From Pseudobdellovibrionaceae bacterium (lineage in GTDB: Bacteria; Bdellovibrionota; Bdellovibrionia; Bdellovibrionales; Bdellovibrionaceae): a DNA stretch of 64,000 nucleotides. Under the pieces are notes generated by a model. It was not told where the DNA came from. It was given only the letters and a program-made list of their open reading frames with translations, and did not search any database. Position numbers and translations under genes: made by a program. The stretch is taken from positions 18,840-82,839 of the forward strand of contig JBIKLL010000005.1 in the NCBI GenBank assembly GCA_044359815.1, given 5' to 3'. Shown here piece by piece: positions 25,842 through 36,069 of the stretch (positions are counted from its first letter, which is position 1; each line of letters starts with the position of its first letter).

Positions 25842-27111
25842 GATCTTTAACAAATTACACTGTTACACAAACAGTTACATAATATGTGCACCAGATTTAG
25901 CAGCTGATAAAAAAGCTTTTAACATAAAATGGGCGTGCTTCTTAACTGCCGCCTTGATGGCAACAGCGTGCACTCACAAAACCCCTCAGGTAGCTGCCAA
26001 CACCAACACAAAAAATAACGGCAATGAGCCCAAAGCTTGGTCTGCATCGATGCAGGATTTAAAGACCTCTATTTCAAATTTGCTGCCGATAGCTGCTAGT
26101 CATGAAAGCTTTGAGAACCCGAAAAATCATCAGATGATTGAAGAGCAGCTAAGTGTATTATCCAAAGAGGCCAGTACAATTGGCAAACACGCAACCATGG
26201 CTGGGCGTGATCCCAGCGTCAGGTATTTGTCTAATGCATTTACCGAAGACGTCAAAAGGATTGAAACCAGTTTCAAGGTCGGCAAAAAAGAATTTGCCAG
26301 ATATCACGTCGTCAATCTGACTTCTTATTGCATCGAATGCCATACCAGAGATTCAACAGGCCCTAATTTTGGTTCCGAAAAATTAACCAGTGCTTTGCAA
26401 AAACTTAAGCCAATGGAACGTGCTGAATACGAACTGGCAACCAGACAATATGATTTGGCTTTGGAAGAACTAAAAAAAATTATCTCTTCAAATTTAGACG
26501 ACAAGGGTAATTTATTTTTAGTGGATAAATCCATGAAGCTGGCTCTGGCTGTCACGGTGAAATACCAACAAAGCCCCGACAAAGCTTTGGAAGTGGTTTC
26601 AATCTTGGAAAAATCTAAAAACACTCCGTATTTTTTAAAGCAAAACGCTGTCGCTTGGCGCGCCAGTTTGGAAAGCTGGAAGAAAGAAAAAGTAAATACC
26701 AAAGATTCAGTGGCAGCAAAGCTTTCGCGCATTGAAGCCAAGCTGGCAAAGGCGTCACAGATGGATTCATTAACCACAGACCGCAGTGGCGATATCACTT
26801 ATCTGCGAAGCCTGGCTGAGCTTCATACGTTGTTGGGTGGAAATCTTAAAAAAGAGGAAGTCGGCAGAACCATGTATCTGATCGGAGTTTCCTATGAAGC
26901 GATTCGTGAACTTGAGTTTTTGAATTTGAGCGAAAATTATTTTGAGGGTTGCATCCGAACATTGCCGCGCACGGATTGGTCATCAAAATGTTTCAAAAAA
27001 TATGAAGAATCTATTTATTTTGGATATTCTGGCAGTAGTGGAGTGCAAATCCCAATCGATGAGCAACTAAAGCTCAAAGAATTACAATCACTGGCATTAC
27101 CAGTTCAATAG
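25786..27111 (+). CDS. Helical putative lipoprotein with one CxxCH heme-c motif (start uncertain)
   Basis: LMATAC lipobox-like segment; YCIECHT motif; TPR-like C-terminal half. Confidence 0.7.
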   Translation: MDIKVTEETRIKDWTKKLRIFNKLHCYTNSYIICAPDLAADKKAFNIKWACFLTAALMATACTHKTPQVAANTNTKNNGNEPKAWSASMQDLKTSISNLLPIAASHESFENPKNHQMIEEQLSVLSKEASTIGKHATMAGRDPSVRYLSNAFTEDVKRIETSFKVGKKEFARYHVVNLTSYCIECHTRDSTGPNFGSEKLTSALQKLKPMERAEYELATRQYDLALEELKKIISSNLDDKGNLFLVDKSMKLALAVTVKYQQSPDKALEVVSILEKSKNTPYFLKQNAVAWRASLESWKKEKVNTKDSVAAKLSRIEAKLAKASQMDSLTTDRSGDITYLRSLAELHTLLGGNLKKEEVGRTMYLIGVSYEAIRELEFLNLSENYFEGCIRTLPRTDWSSKCFKKYEESIYFGYSGSSGVQIPIDEQLKLKELQSLALPVQ

Positions 27112-27236
27112 TTTTCAAACATTTCAGGGCTGGACCTTGGTTGGATCCAGTCAGAATCTCGTCGTTTGACATAGTCTTCCAAGTCAATTCTATGTCAGCC
27201 GCAGACATCAACTGCTGTTAAATTTCCGATAGTCAG

Positions 27237-27252
27237 TGGCATCAAGGTTGCT
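27237..27252 (+). promoter_or_regulatory. sigma54 promoter motif
   Basis: TGGCAT-CAAGG-TTGCT directly upstream of the TPR gene. Confidence 0.7.
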
Positions 27253-27268
27253 TTTGTAAATTGCAGAG

Positions 27269-28231
27269 GTGACTTCTATGGAACTGTTACATTCAATACC
27301 AACAACACAAAACAATCTGAATAAATCAAATAAGCCATCGCAGGCTCAGCAAAAAGGTCCTGACGTTTCGTCATTGACGGCCAATGCACTGACACTGATG
27401 AAGCACGGCGAACACAAGCTAGCCGCCAATTTATTTAGACAGGTTTTAAATGTAGATCCGTTCAATAAGGTTGCGCTGAAGGAATTAGCCGTGTGCTTTC
27501 GTAAAATGAAGCGTACCGAAGAAGCCATTAAGGTTTTGACTATTCTGAGTGAATCAGAGCCTACGTTTCACAACTTTAAATGTTTGGGTGATGTGGCATT
27601 CGAGGCCGAAATACTGGAACTGGCCAAAGACAACTACCTGATGGCATTGCGATCGCTTTATTACGAGCCCTCAGAATTATTTGAGGTCTATAAAAATTTA
27701 GGAAATGTGTTTTTAAAGCTGGCTGATGTTGAATCTGCTGAAGATTTTTATAACAAGGCATTCACCATCAATCCCAAGGACGAAAATCTGTTGGTTAATC
27801 TGGCCAGTCTTGAAATTTACAAAGATCAAATAGACGAGGCGCAAACCAGATTTCAACAAATCCTGGCTGCAAACAGTGGTAATGAAAAAGCATGGATTGG
27901 TCTTGCCTTAGTTCATCTGAAGAAAAACGATATTGAATTGGCTGTCGGTAATTTGAAATATGCCTTGGACATCAATCCATTGAACCGAACAGCATTGCAG
28001 GTGTTTTGCAAAACAGCCATTCAAGAACGTATGTTTATAGAAGCTACCCAGTACCTGCAGGATTATCTGTCCACCGTTGAATCAGACGAGGAAATGTCAC
28101 TGGTATTGGTTCATTTGTTTTGTTTATTGGGCCAGTCTGATTTTGCGAAATTTGAACTCGAACGTGCCTTGTTGTGGAATCCCACCAGTCCAGCTCTGTT
28201 AGCGGTTGAAAAGGAGCTAACGGGTGCATGA
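27269..28231 (+). CDS. Tetratricopeptide repeat protein
   Basis: Multiple TPR motifs (YKNLGNVF...A...Y.KA..INP; AWIGLA...AL.INP). Confidence 0.9.
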   Translation: MTSMELLHSIPTTQNNLNKSNKPSQAQQKGPDVSSLTANALTLMKHGEHKLAANLFRQVLNVDPFNKVALKELAVCFRKMKRTEEAIKVLTILSESEPTFHNFKCLGDVAFEAEILELAKDNYLMALRSLYYEPSELFEVYKNLGNVFLKLADVESAEDFYNKAFTINPKDENLLVNLASLEIYKDQIDEAQTRFQQILAANSGNEKAWIGLALVHLKKNDIELAVGNLKYALDINPLNRTALQVFCKTAIQERMFIEATQYLQDYLSTVESDEEMSLVLVHLFCLLGQSDFAKFELERALLWNPTSPALLAVEKELTGA

Positions 28232-28700
28232 TTTTGTAACCCGTAATACTTATAGATTGTGTTCATTTAAAAATCCTGCGGCCGAAGCTGCAAGTTGGCT
28301 GCAGGGGTTAACATTACCAGAGAATCCAAAGTCTATTTTGATTTTTGGTTTGGGGTGTGGGTTTCATGTTTTGGAGTTTGCAAAAAAATACCCTGATATA
28401 AAAGTTTCTGTCTATGACATAGATTTTATAGGATTAGAATTTTTTAAATCCTTGGCCACTGAGGTCTTAAATGACAATAGCAAAATCACTTTCATCCAAA
28501 AATCACAGTTAGCCAATATAATGCCCCAGTGTGAAATGATTATTCCATTTTTGCCAGCCTGGCAGGGGGCGCTAGGGGAATTTCAGTCGGACTTTGAATC
28601 GGCAATTGGTTTTTCTAACGAAAATCTGCAATCACAATTGCATTGGCCTGACCAAAAAACTGAAGCTTTGGCAGAGATTCTGTCGGAGCTGGTTCGATGA
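28224..28700 (+). CDS. Small Rossmann-like protein resembling the N-terminal domain of Maf flagellin glycosyltransferases
   Basis: NPAAEA..W...ILIFGLGCGFH...VYD motif. Confidence 0.5.
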   Translation: MHDFVTRNTYRLCSFKNPAAEAASWLQGLTLPENPKSILIFGLGCGFHVLEFAKKYPDIKVSVYDIDFIGLEFFKSLATEVLNDNSKITFIQKSQLANIMPQCEMIIPFLPAWQGALGEFQSDFESAIGFSNENLQSQLHWPDQKTEALAEILSELVR

Positions 28701-30271
28701 AAAAGCTTTTTGTTTCCATGCAAAGATTTGGTGATTTGTTCACCCATTTTCAGATCATCAATCAGGAATTGGCATCCAATCCTAATGATGAAATCCATGT
28801 GCTGACAAATTTTGAAAACAGACCTGCCATCAAAATATTAAGTCCCAGAATCAAATGGCATTTTTTTAAACACAAAGATTGGGGATCTGCTTGGGCCAAT
28901 CCCATGATTCCACGAGCAAATGTGTTATCCCAGTTGAATGATTTATTGAAAGACCTCAATGTCATCAGATTTGACAGTGTCTATAATCTGACTCACACAC
29001 AATTGGCTGCAAAAATCTGCGGTCAAATCAAAGCTCAATCTAAGTTTGGAATCAGTGTTGAACATGGCCTGGCCATATACAGTCATCCGGCTTGGGGCCG
29101 ATTTGCCAACACCCAATTGTCCAGAAATCAAAAAATTCCATTTCACAGTTTGGAAATTCTGGCAAAGGCTAACGGCCTGCCAGTTCCTAAGCCACCCATA
29201 GCAAAGGTCAACGATGCGAACACCATAGTTCTGCAAGTGACTTCCAGCGAAGCCAAAAAAACAGTTGATTTTGAAATATGGCAATCGGTGATTCAGAACC
29301 TGAAATCGCAGGGGTACAAGGTTCAAGTTTTATCCACAGACACCGAGAGCACCACGCTGGCCCCTGTGTTTGGTTCTGATTTATTGATCGGTGAATTTTC
29401 TGATTTTGCGGAAGCCATTAAAGGCGCGAAGATTCTGGTTTCTGTCGATACGGCGTTGTTGCATTTAAGCGCTTTGCTGGCAGTTCCTTCAGTCGCGATT
29501 TATCTGGGCAGCGGAAATGCTTATACAAATTTTCCCTACATCGCAGGTGCCAGGGTTTTGGTTCCTACCAGTGAATGCTATCCCTGCAGTCATTCGGTGG
29601 CCTGCCCCTATCAAATCAGAAAATGCGCGGAAACCTTGAACATCGAAAATTTGGCTCAGTTTATTGTCGATACTGGAGCAAGGGTTTCTGCGATGAACAG
29701 ATTTTTTACCCAAATTATAAATTCAGAACTTAATATTTTGTCGATGGAGGATTCGATGAACACTGTACAGATTGAACGCAGTATCAGTCGCGCGGTTTGG
29801 GATATGTTTTTAAACAAAAGCTACCAGGAAGAGGTCGCTCCCTATGGCAGCTTTGCCAACCGAATCGCTGATGATGTGATTGACAGACATTTTATCCTAA
29901 GGACCATGCTGAACAGAAGCTCTGATGCTTTAAAATGGATTGAGGAATTTCAGCAGCAGATTAAAACCTTGCACAGTTTTATTTTAAATCCACAGGCTAA
30001 TTCCTTTGATCAGTTTGAATCTCAGAGGGATTCATTGACAGCAAAATTTGAAGTGTTTGAAAAATCTTTTCCTGAGTTTCAAGATGAATCAGCCAATCTG
30101 AAATTTACTATGACTAAAAAACATGATTCGGCTTTTGCCTTTTATCGCAATGCCAAAGATTCTTGCAGCGAGCTCGAAACCCTGCTGTCAATCCGAGTGA
30201 CCTTGTTATCCAAAGCGATAATGGCAGTGAATGAAAAAATGGAGGCCAAGAATTTATGTCTAAAGAACTAA
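28697..30271 (+). CDS. Glycosyltransferase family 9 with CxxC...C...C cluster and helical tail
   Basis: RFGD, VDTALLHLSA and CYPCSHSVACPYQIRKC motifs. Confidence 0.85.
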   Translation: MKKLFVSMQRFGDLFTHFQIINQELASNPNDEIHVLTNFENRPAIKILSPRIKWHFFKHKDWGSAWANPMIPRANVLSQLNDLLKDLNVIRFDSVYNLTHTQLAAKICGQIKAQSKFGISVEHGLAIYSHPAWGRFANTQLSRNQKIPFHSLEILAKANGLPVPKPPIAKVNDANTIVLQVTSSEAKKTVDFEIWQSVIQNLKSQGYKVQVLSTDTESTTLAPVFGSDLLIGEFSDFAEAIKGAKILVSVDTALLHLSALLAVPSVAIYLGSGNAYTNFPYIAGARVLVPTSECYPCSHSVACPYQIRKCAETLNIENLAQFIVDTGARVSAMNRFFTQIINSELNILSMEDSMNTVQIERSISRAVWDMFLNKSYQEEVAPYGSFANRIADDVIDRHFILRTMLNRSSDALKWIEEFQQQIKTLHSFILNPQANSFDQFESQRDSLTAKFEVFEKSFPEFQDESANLKFTMTKKHDSAFAFYRNAKDSCSELETLLSIRVTLLSKAIMAVNEKMEAKNLCLKN

Positions 30272-30420
30272 AAAATTATTTAACGACAGCCTTGGCAAAA
30301 CTGGAATCAGAGTTTCGATCTGACTGTGCTTCTAAGGGTTATACAGAGGACGCTGAGCAAATCAGAATTTTGATTGAAATGATAAAGGAACAAATCGGTT
30401 ATGAAGATTCTAATTCTTAA
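30256..30420 (+). CDS. Small 54-aa hypothetical protein (below track cut-off)
   Basis: GGAGG at 30241; MSKELKNYLTTALAKLESEF...IGYEDSNS*; overlaps both neighbouring GT9 genes. Confidence 0.6.
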   Translation: MSKELKNYLTTALAKLESEFRSDCASKGYTEDAEQIRILIEMIKEQIGYEDSNS

Positions 30421-31855
30421 TCTGGCCAGGCTTGGGGATATTTACCTGTCATGGCCAGCTATCAGAGCTTTCAGAAGGTTGCATCCTGATGCACAAATTG
30501 ACATTCTGACTCGCCGACGATTTTCCGGCGCATTGGATGGTTTAACAGCTATCAACAACCGAATTATTTTGCCCACCGAGGACGTTATGGCCTGTTTGTT
30601 GGACACACAGGTTGATATTCCAGAAAGCAAACGCAGACTAAAGCGATTTACAAATTCGATCCGATCGCAAAATTACACGCATATTTTTAATCTGTCTTTT
30701 TCACCGCTTTCCAGCTTTTTGATGCATTCCTTGGCTGGACCAGAAACTGTGATTTCCGGTTACACTCGAACCAGCGATGGGTTTTTAGCAATACCTGATG
30801 ATATTAGCGCATATTTTTATGCACAAGTTGGTATCGGTAGACCTAATCGTTATCATTTGGCTGAAATCTTTGCGACCCAATTAAAAGTTGATTTGATTCC
30901 TGAGGACTGGTCACAGCCTGATCTTGGAGGCGTCGGTTTTGCCGACAAGCCTGCCGATGTGCTGATCCATGTTGGTGCCAGCGAAGCTAAAAAACAAGTC
31001 AGTCCACAGAAAATCAGTTCGATACTGGCGTATTTAGTCAGAAACTCGCAGCTGAGTTTTGGTTTGATTGGTGCCGCCAACGAGGTTGAAGTCAGCAAAT
31101 CTATTTTGTCATCAGTGGCCAGCGATCGTATTTCAAATTGGGTAGGTAAAACCAATCTACAAGAGTTATTTTATTTGATTCAAAACGCAAAGATGCTGGT
31201 TGGGGCAGACAGCAGTCCTCAGCATATGGCCAGCTTAACGGGGACTCCTTGTTTCAATTTCAGTTACCCTTCAGTGAATTTCTGGGAAACTGGTCCACGG
31301 GCAAAAGGCTCGGCGATTTATTTGGTTCCAGATTCAGAGCAGATTAACACTCAGTCGGCAGCCCAGATGATTCTCGAATGTTCAGAAAAGAAATATTCCA
31401 ACGAATTAATAACAGTCAGGGAAGGATCGCCTGCTTATTTGGCTGAGGGCGATGCTGTTTCAGAATTTGAATGGCATTTTACCCAGGCTATCTATATGTC
31501 AGAAAATTTTCCGATCTTGGAAGATCCCAAATTTTTGTTAGGAATTAACAAGTTTTCTGAAATCAACAAACTGGTGATCGAACAACTGCAGGCAGTCAAA
31601 AATGGTGTGGCGATTTCAAAACTAACCGAGATTTTCAATCGTGCCGAGGAAATCATTCATTCCATTGCGATTCTGGAACCCAGCTTGGCAGTCCTGGTTC
31701 GGTGGTACCAAACCGAAAAGGTTCGCATAGGACCTGGACCTCAGTCCGAAGTGCTGACTAAAAGTCTGGAAATACATGAAATGCTTCAGAGTGTGTTGGA
31801 TCTTTATTTAAACTATGAAGAGGCAAGAAATCCCGTCAAAAAGGAAATATCATGA
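30401..31855 (+). CDS. Glycosyltransferase family 9
   Basis: ARLGDI, HVGAS..KK, VGKTNLQEL and DSSPQHMA motifs. Confidence 0.9.
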   Translation: MKILILNLARLGDIYLSWPAIRAFRRLHPDAQIDILTRRRFSGALDGLTAINNRIILPTEDVMACLLDTQVDIPESKRRLKRFTNSIRSQNYTHIFNLSFSPLSSFLMHSLAGPETVISGYTRTSDGFLAIPDDISAYFYAQVGIGRPNRYHLAEIFATQLKVDLIPEDWSQPDLGGVGFADKPADVLIHVGASEAKKQVSPQKISSILAYLVRNSQLSFGLIGAANEVEVSKSILSSVASDRISNWVGKTNLQELFYLIQNAKMLVGADSSPQHMASLTGTPCFNFSYPSVNFWETGPRAKGSAIYLVPDSEQINTQSAAQMILECSEKKYSNELITVREGSPAYLAEGDAVSEFEWHFTQAIYMSENFPILEDPKFLLGINKFSEINKLVIEQLQAVKNGVAISKLTEIFNRAEEIIHSIAILEPSLAVLVRWYQTEKVRIGPGPQSEVLTKSLEIHEMLQSVLDLYLNYEEARNPVKKEIS

Positions 31856-32499
31856 AGAAGATCAAATTTTCCGGACAAACTTTGGTAGAGAAATTTCCCC
31901 AGGCAAAAACTTTTGCAGAAGTCATCAATGGACTGGAGTCAGAGTTTTACAAACAGGGTGAGGTCGTCTGCCGTTTGATCGTCGATGGTCATGACGTCGA
32001 GGAAGCTTCTGAATCCAGATTGGGCACATTGCAAACAGATCAGATTCAGACATTGGAAGTGCAGTTGCAGACTCCTGAAAAACTGATTTTTCTGGTTATC
32101 AATAATTGGATCGAAAAATTTCCAAATCTGATAAATTCTACTGAAGCTTTATCAAAACAAATAAGATTGACGGGAACTGAGGGCAATCTGCAAAACTTTG
32201 TGGATCTGATCGATAACTGTCAGCTGTTAGTGGAAAGTCTGATTTCAATCAGCACCATACTAAATGAACAGCCTAATCTGTTTGGTGACAAATGGGCGCA
32301 GAACGAAAAGAAAATGGCCCTTGCGATTGGTGAAGCTCTGCAGGGATTCGAGAAAAAAGATTTCGTGCAATTGGCGGATGTTTTAGAATACGATATTGCT
32401 GATTCATTGCAGACGTGGAATGACCTGTTGAAAATGCTTTCAGAAAGTTTAGGACGTGCCGATGCAAAATCAAAGTCTGATATCGAAAGCGAGCTTTGA
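31852..32499 (+). CDS. Hypothetical helical protein
   Basis: Translationally coupled ORF; D.VQLADVLEY motif reminiscent of flagellar glycosylation-locus proteins. Confidence 0.7.
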   Translation: MKKIKFSGQTLVEKFPQAKTFAEVINGLESEFYKQGEVVCRLIVDGHDVEEASESRLGTLQTDQIQTLEVQLQTPEKLIFLVINNWIEKFPNLINSTEALSKQIRLTGTEGNLQNFVDLIDNCQLLVESLISISTILNEQPNLFGDKWAQNEKKMALAIGEALQGFEKKDFVQLADVLEYDIADSLQTWNDLLKMLSESLGRADAKSKSDIESEL

Positions 32500-34450
32500 T
32501 TCCAGAGCTTTTGTTCATCACATTGATCACCTGATTAAAAATTTAAATATCAATGGCGTTGATCTGGTATCAATCGATCATATCGAGCCAGGAGTCAGTA
32601 GCGTTGTCGTTACAGGAAATCTGCAGAAAACAATAGCGGTTCTGGAGCGCAAGGGTGTAACCAAGGATTCAGTATTTATTATTTATCTGACTGAAAGACC
32701 CAATCACCAATCGCTCACAGAAGCTTTTGGCAAAAATTCTATTTTCAGAATTATCGAGGCCAGTCGGCTTCAAAATTATTTGGTGCCCGCGATCATTGAA
32801 GCCCTGAATGAATCAAGTCGAAAAAATAATTTTAACAAACTGATCAAAGAATCTCGGGCACAAAAAGAACAGCTGGAAACCCTAAACAACAGTCTTGAAA
32901 TCATCGTAAAAGACAGAACTCAAAACATTGATAAATCCCGCAAAGAAGAGGAAGAAAAGCTTTCCAGATTGCGAACTGTAACCCGTTTTATTAAAGATCT
33001 TTCCACCTTTGAGAGCCTAGAGGAAACATTTTTATACATCAGAAAGGACATCAGAAAAATCATTGGACCCTGTGAGCCTTTGCTGTTGTTTTCAGTTTCA
33101 AATCATAATTTCACATTGTTAAGTTTTGATTCCAGTTTGATCAGACAGAAAGAATTATCAGGCCGTCTGCCAGAAATTGAGTTTAAGGGATGGGCCAATG
33201 ACAAACTGACCATGATGATTGCCAAAACTTTAGGCCGACCTGTGTTGAAGCCGTTTATTGTTAATTTAGAAATCCCATCTGTTTTGCAATTAGGAAATCC
33301 CGGTGCCAAGGCCTATCTGCTGTTGGAATGTGGACAGCTGACCCAGGATAACAAAAACACCACCATGGCCATAGAAAACTACATCAACGAAATTCATGAA
33401 CCTTTGTCGATGATATTTGACAGACTGTTGCTAGAGTCTGAAATCGTAAAATCCAGTTTCAGGTGGGAGCAAACTTTTGATAATTTAAAAGATCCCATTG
33501 CCATAGTCGATATAGAACACAACGTGATCAGATCTAACAGAATGTTCTCGACTGCAGAAACGGGCGGAAAATGCTTTAATGTTTTTTTTGATCGCAACAG
33601 TCCCTGCGATAATTGTCCCATATCTCAGTCACAGGGTTTATCATTAGCAAAAATTGAAAATAACGAGAAAACCTACCAGTTGCGGTCTTATCCCATTGTC
33701 CTGAGTCCCACTGAAAGGCCGACTAATTTTGTGCATCAGTATATCGATGAAACTAAATCCAGAGAGCTTTATTTGAAGCTGGTTCAAAATGAAAAACTAG
33801 GTGCCATCGGATTGTTGGCGGGAAATCTGGCCCACGAACTGAACAATCCTTTGACCGGAATTTATTCGCTGGCGCAAATTTTGAAGTCCGAAGCCAATGA
33901 TGAAACTTTGAAAAAAGATCTGCAGGACATTCAAAACGCCACGCGCAGATCGCAGTTAATCATTCAAAATTTGCTGGAATTTTCGACCCACGATACCAGT
34001 CGTATTTCATCAATCACTGTGGATGATGTTGTGAATAAAACAGTGGTGTTTTTAAAAATGGCATTGCGCCAACACAATTATCGATTGGATCTTAATAATA
34101 CAAAATTAAAAATCAAAGTCGACCCATTGATGTTCAGTCAGGTTGTTTTTAATTTGATCAACAATGCTTGCCAAGCCATGAAATCCAAGGGCGATTTGGT
34201 GATCAGAACTTATGAACAAAATCAAAAAGTGTTTTTTGAGGTTCAAGACAGCGGCGAGGGGATTCCCGAGCAGAACTTGAGCAAAATATTTGAACCCTTT
34301 TTCACCACCAAAAAAGAAGGCGCTGGCACAGGATTGGGTCTGTCATTATCCAAAAAAGTCATCGAGGAATTTGGCGGCAAAATTTATGTTGAGTCTATTT
34401 TGTCACAAGGCTCCAAGTTCACTGTGGAAATGGATGGCACTGATGATTAA
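32456..34450 (+). CDS. Cytoplasmic PAS-containing sensor histidine kinase
   Basis: AHELNNPL H-box, NLINNA, DSGEGI and FFTTK..GTGLGL motifs. Confidence 0.95.
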   Translation: MPMQNQSLISKASFDSRAFVHHIDHLIKNLNINGVDLVSIDHIEPGVSSVVVTGNLQKTIAVLERKGVTKDSVFIIYLTERPNHQSLTEAFGKNSIFRIIEASRLQNYLVPAIIEALNESSRKNNFNKLIKESRAQKEQLETLNNSLEIIVKDRTQNIDKSRKEEEEKLSRLRTVTRFIKDLSTFESLEETFLYIRKDIRKIIGPCEPLLLFSVSNHNFTLLSFDSSLIRQKELSGRLPEIEFKGWANDKLTMMIAKTLGRPVLKPFIVNLEIPSVLQLGNPGAKAYLLLECGQLTQDNKNTTMAIENYINEIHEPLSMIFDRLLLESEIVKSSFRWEQTFDNLKDPIAIVDIEHNVIRSNRMFSTAETGGKCFNVFFDRNSPCDNCPISQSQGLSLAKIENNEKTYQLRSYPIVLSPTERPTNFVHQYIDETKSRELYLKLVQNEKLGAIGLLAGNLAHELNNPLTGIYSLAQILKSEANDETLKKDLQDIQNATRRSQLIIQNLLEFSTHDTSRISSITVDDVVNKTVVFLKMALRQHNYRLDLNNTKLKIKVDPLMFSQVVFNLINNACQAMKSKGDLVIRTYEQNQKVFFEVQDSGEGIPEQNLSKIFEPFFTTKKEGAGTGLGLSLSKKVIEEFGGKIYVESILSQGSKFTVEMDGTDD

Positions 34451-34820
34451 AAAGGTTTTGATTGTTGATGATGAGCCCTTGATCAGACGCAGTTTAATCA
34501 GAGCTGGAAAAGGCAAAAACATTCATTTTATAGAAGCTGAAGATGGCTCCAAAGGCTTAGAGCTTTGGATAGAACAAAATCCAGATTTAGTGATTGTTGA
34601 TGTTTTAATGCCAGGTCTTAGCGGACCCGAATTGTTAAGGACCATTGATCCCGAAGTTAAAAAGAAATCCAAAATAGCATTGATGTCGGCCTACACTGGG
34701 GATTTTAATGAGGACTTTGTTAAAACACTAGGGGCTGATATGTTTATCGCAAAACCCTTTGAGGATATTTTTAAAACTCTTGATAGTGTCCTCCAGCTGA
34801 TCGGGGAATCCTCCACCTGA
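34443..34820 (+). CDS. Single-domain response regulator
   Basis: VLIVDD, DVLMPGLSG and KPF motifs. Confidence 0.9.
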   Translation: MIKKVLIVDDEPLIRRSLIRAGKGKNIHFIEAEDGSKGLELWIEQNPDLVIVDVLMPGLSGPELLRTIDPEVKKKSKIALMSAYTGDFNEDFVKTLGADMFIAKPFEDIFKTLDSVLQLIGESST

Positions 34821-35508
34821 TCCTGGCTGAAAGCTTGATCATTCCCCACAGCATTTTAATCCCGTCTTTTACAACTCGTACATTACTGGGGCCAATTTCC
34901 TCGTGCAGGATAACGGGAACTTCCACATACCTGCCGCCGGATTTCATGTGGTGGGTTACTAGCTCCAGTGAAATCAAATAGTCATCATGATTGCAGTCGG
35001 TGGCCAGTGTCTGAGCCAGGTCTGTTTTGATAATCAGTGTTCCCTGCGAATCACCAGGAAACTTGAAGCCCAATATTATTTTACGTAGCAGCTTAAAAAT
35101 GGTTGTGGCCATTAAGCGGTTTTTAGGTCTGTCCATGGCTTTTGATAGGGGATGGGCTTTTGATCCTAGAACAAATGTTGGAGAGTCCTTGATCTTCAAA
35201 AAATTTTCGACGTCTGACCACCCAAAAGGTATGTCGCTGTGTGAAAGCACCACATATTGTTGGGTGGCATTTTTAATGCCCAGTTTATACCCAGCACCCA
35301 AGCCCTTTGAATCCGTATGCAGTAATTTTGCTTTATTTAGATTCCATCTTTCCAGTGCCAGTTTTATTTCATCGGTCATGGGCGGACCGTTATGGCAAAG
35401 CAGAATTTCGCTGACGGGCAAATGCTCGCTGCTGTACTGGATGAACGAAAGGGTCCAGCGCAGCCTTTGGTAGTCGCCATTGTGAAAGGGTATTAATAGG
35501 GTAAACAC
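34771..35508 (-). CDS. Glycosyltransferase family 2 (DPM/DPG synthase-like)
   Basis: LIPFHN, KGLGAGYK.G, HSD and DSQG motifs. Confidence 0.8.
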   Translation of the reverse strand: MFTLLIPFHNGDYQRLRWTLSFIQYSSEHLPVSEILLCHNGPPMTDEIKLALERWNLNKAKLLHTDSKGLGAGYKLGIKNATQQYVVLSHSDIPFGWSDVENFLKIKDSPTFVLGSKAHPLSKAMDRPKNRLMATTIFKLLRKIILGFKFPGDSQGTLIIKTDLAQTLATDCNHDDYLISLELVTHHMKSGGRYVEVPVILHEEIGPSNVRVVKDGIKMLWGMIKLSARIRWRIPRSAGGHYQEF

Positions 35509-35577
35509 TAAAATTAACTTTATCAGTTATAAAATCCAGAGACAAATTCTATTGATTGTGATTAAAATGATAGTCAG

Positions 35578-36069
35578 ATGACTGGACAGAAGCCTAATAA
35601 ACCTGCAGCTAAATCAGTAGCTAATACTTCAGCGGACAAAAGCAGTTCTGCAAACAAAGTTCATCACGTCGAGGAACGCATCGTTCGCAGCAAAGATGGA
35701 ACTGTGATTAAAGAAGTCATAAAAAAGATTTCGCCCTATCCAATTCCCGTAAATATAACCATGGATAACCATCCTGTTTTTGCAGCTAATATTGTTCGTT
35801 TAGAACCCATTGGATTTATCATGAGATTCGAAGCCCCGCATTTTTTTAAAGTTGGGGAATTTGGTGATGTGATTTTTAATTTACCAGTGGTGCAAAGGGG
35901 AGTGACTTCCAGGGCTCGAGTGATTAAAACCTATGACGGAATGGAAATCATGGTGGCTGGTAAACTGACTAAGACCTACACCGTAGAAATTCATTTTGTC
36001 GATTTAGGCCGTGATGAGCGCACTATAATTAATAAATTTCTTGAAAAAATCGGGCAGAAATTACCTTGA
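35578..36069 (+). CDS. PilZ-like domain protein (degenerate)
   Basis: Beta-barrel pattern ending in EIHFVDL...ER..INKFL; no clear RxxxR motif. Confidence 0.5.
   Translation: MTGQKPNKPAAKSVANTSADKSSSANKVHHVEERIVRSKDGTVIKEVIKKISPYPIPVNITMDNHPVFAANIVRLEPIGFIMRFEAPHFFKVGEFGDVIFNLPVVQRGVTSRARVIKTYDGMEIMVAGKLTKTYTVEIHFVDLGRDERTIINKFLEKIGQKLP

Noticed and set aside
27208..27232. sigma28 promoter before the TPR gene
   Set aside because: The TCAA to TCCGATAG spacing is 13 nt rather than about 15; the sigma54 motif fits better.
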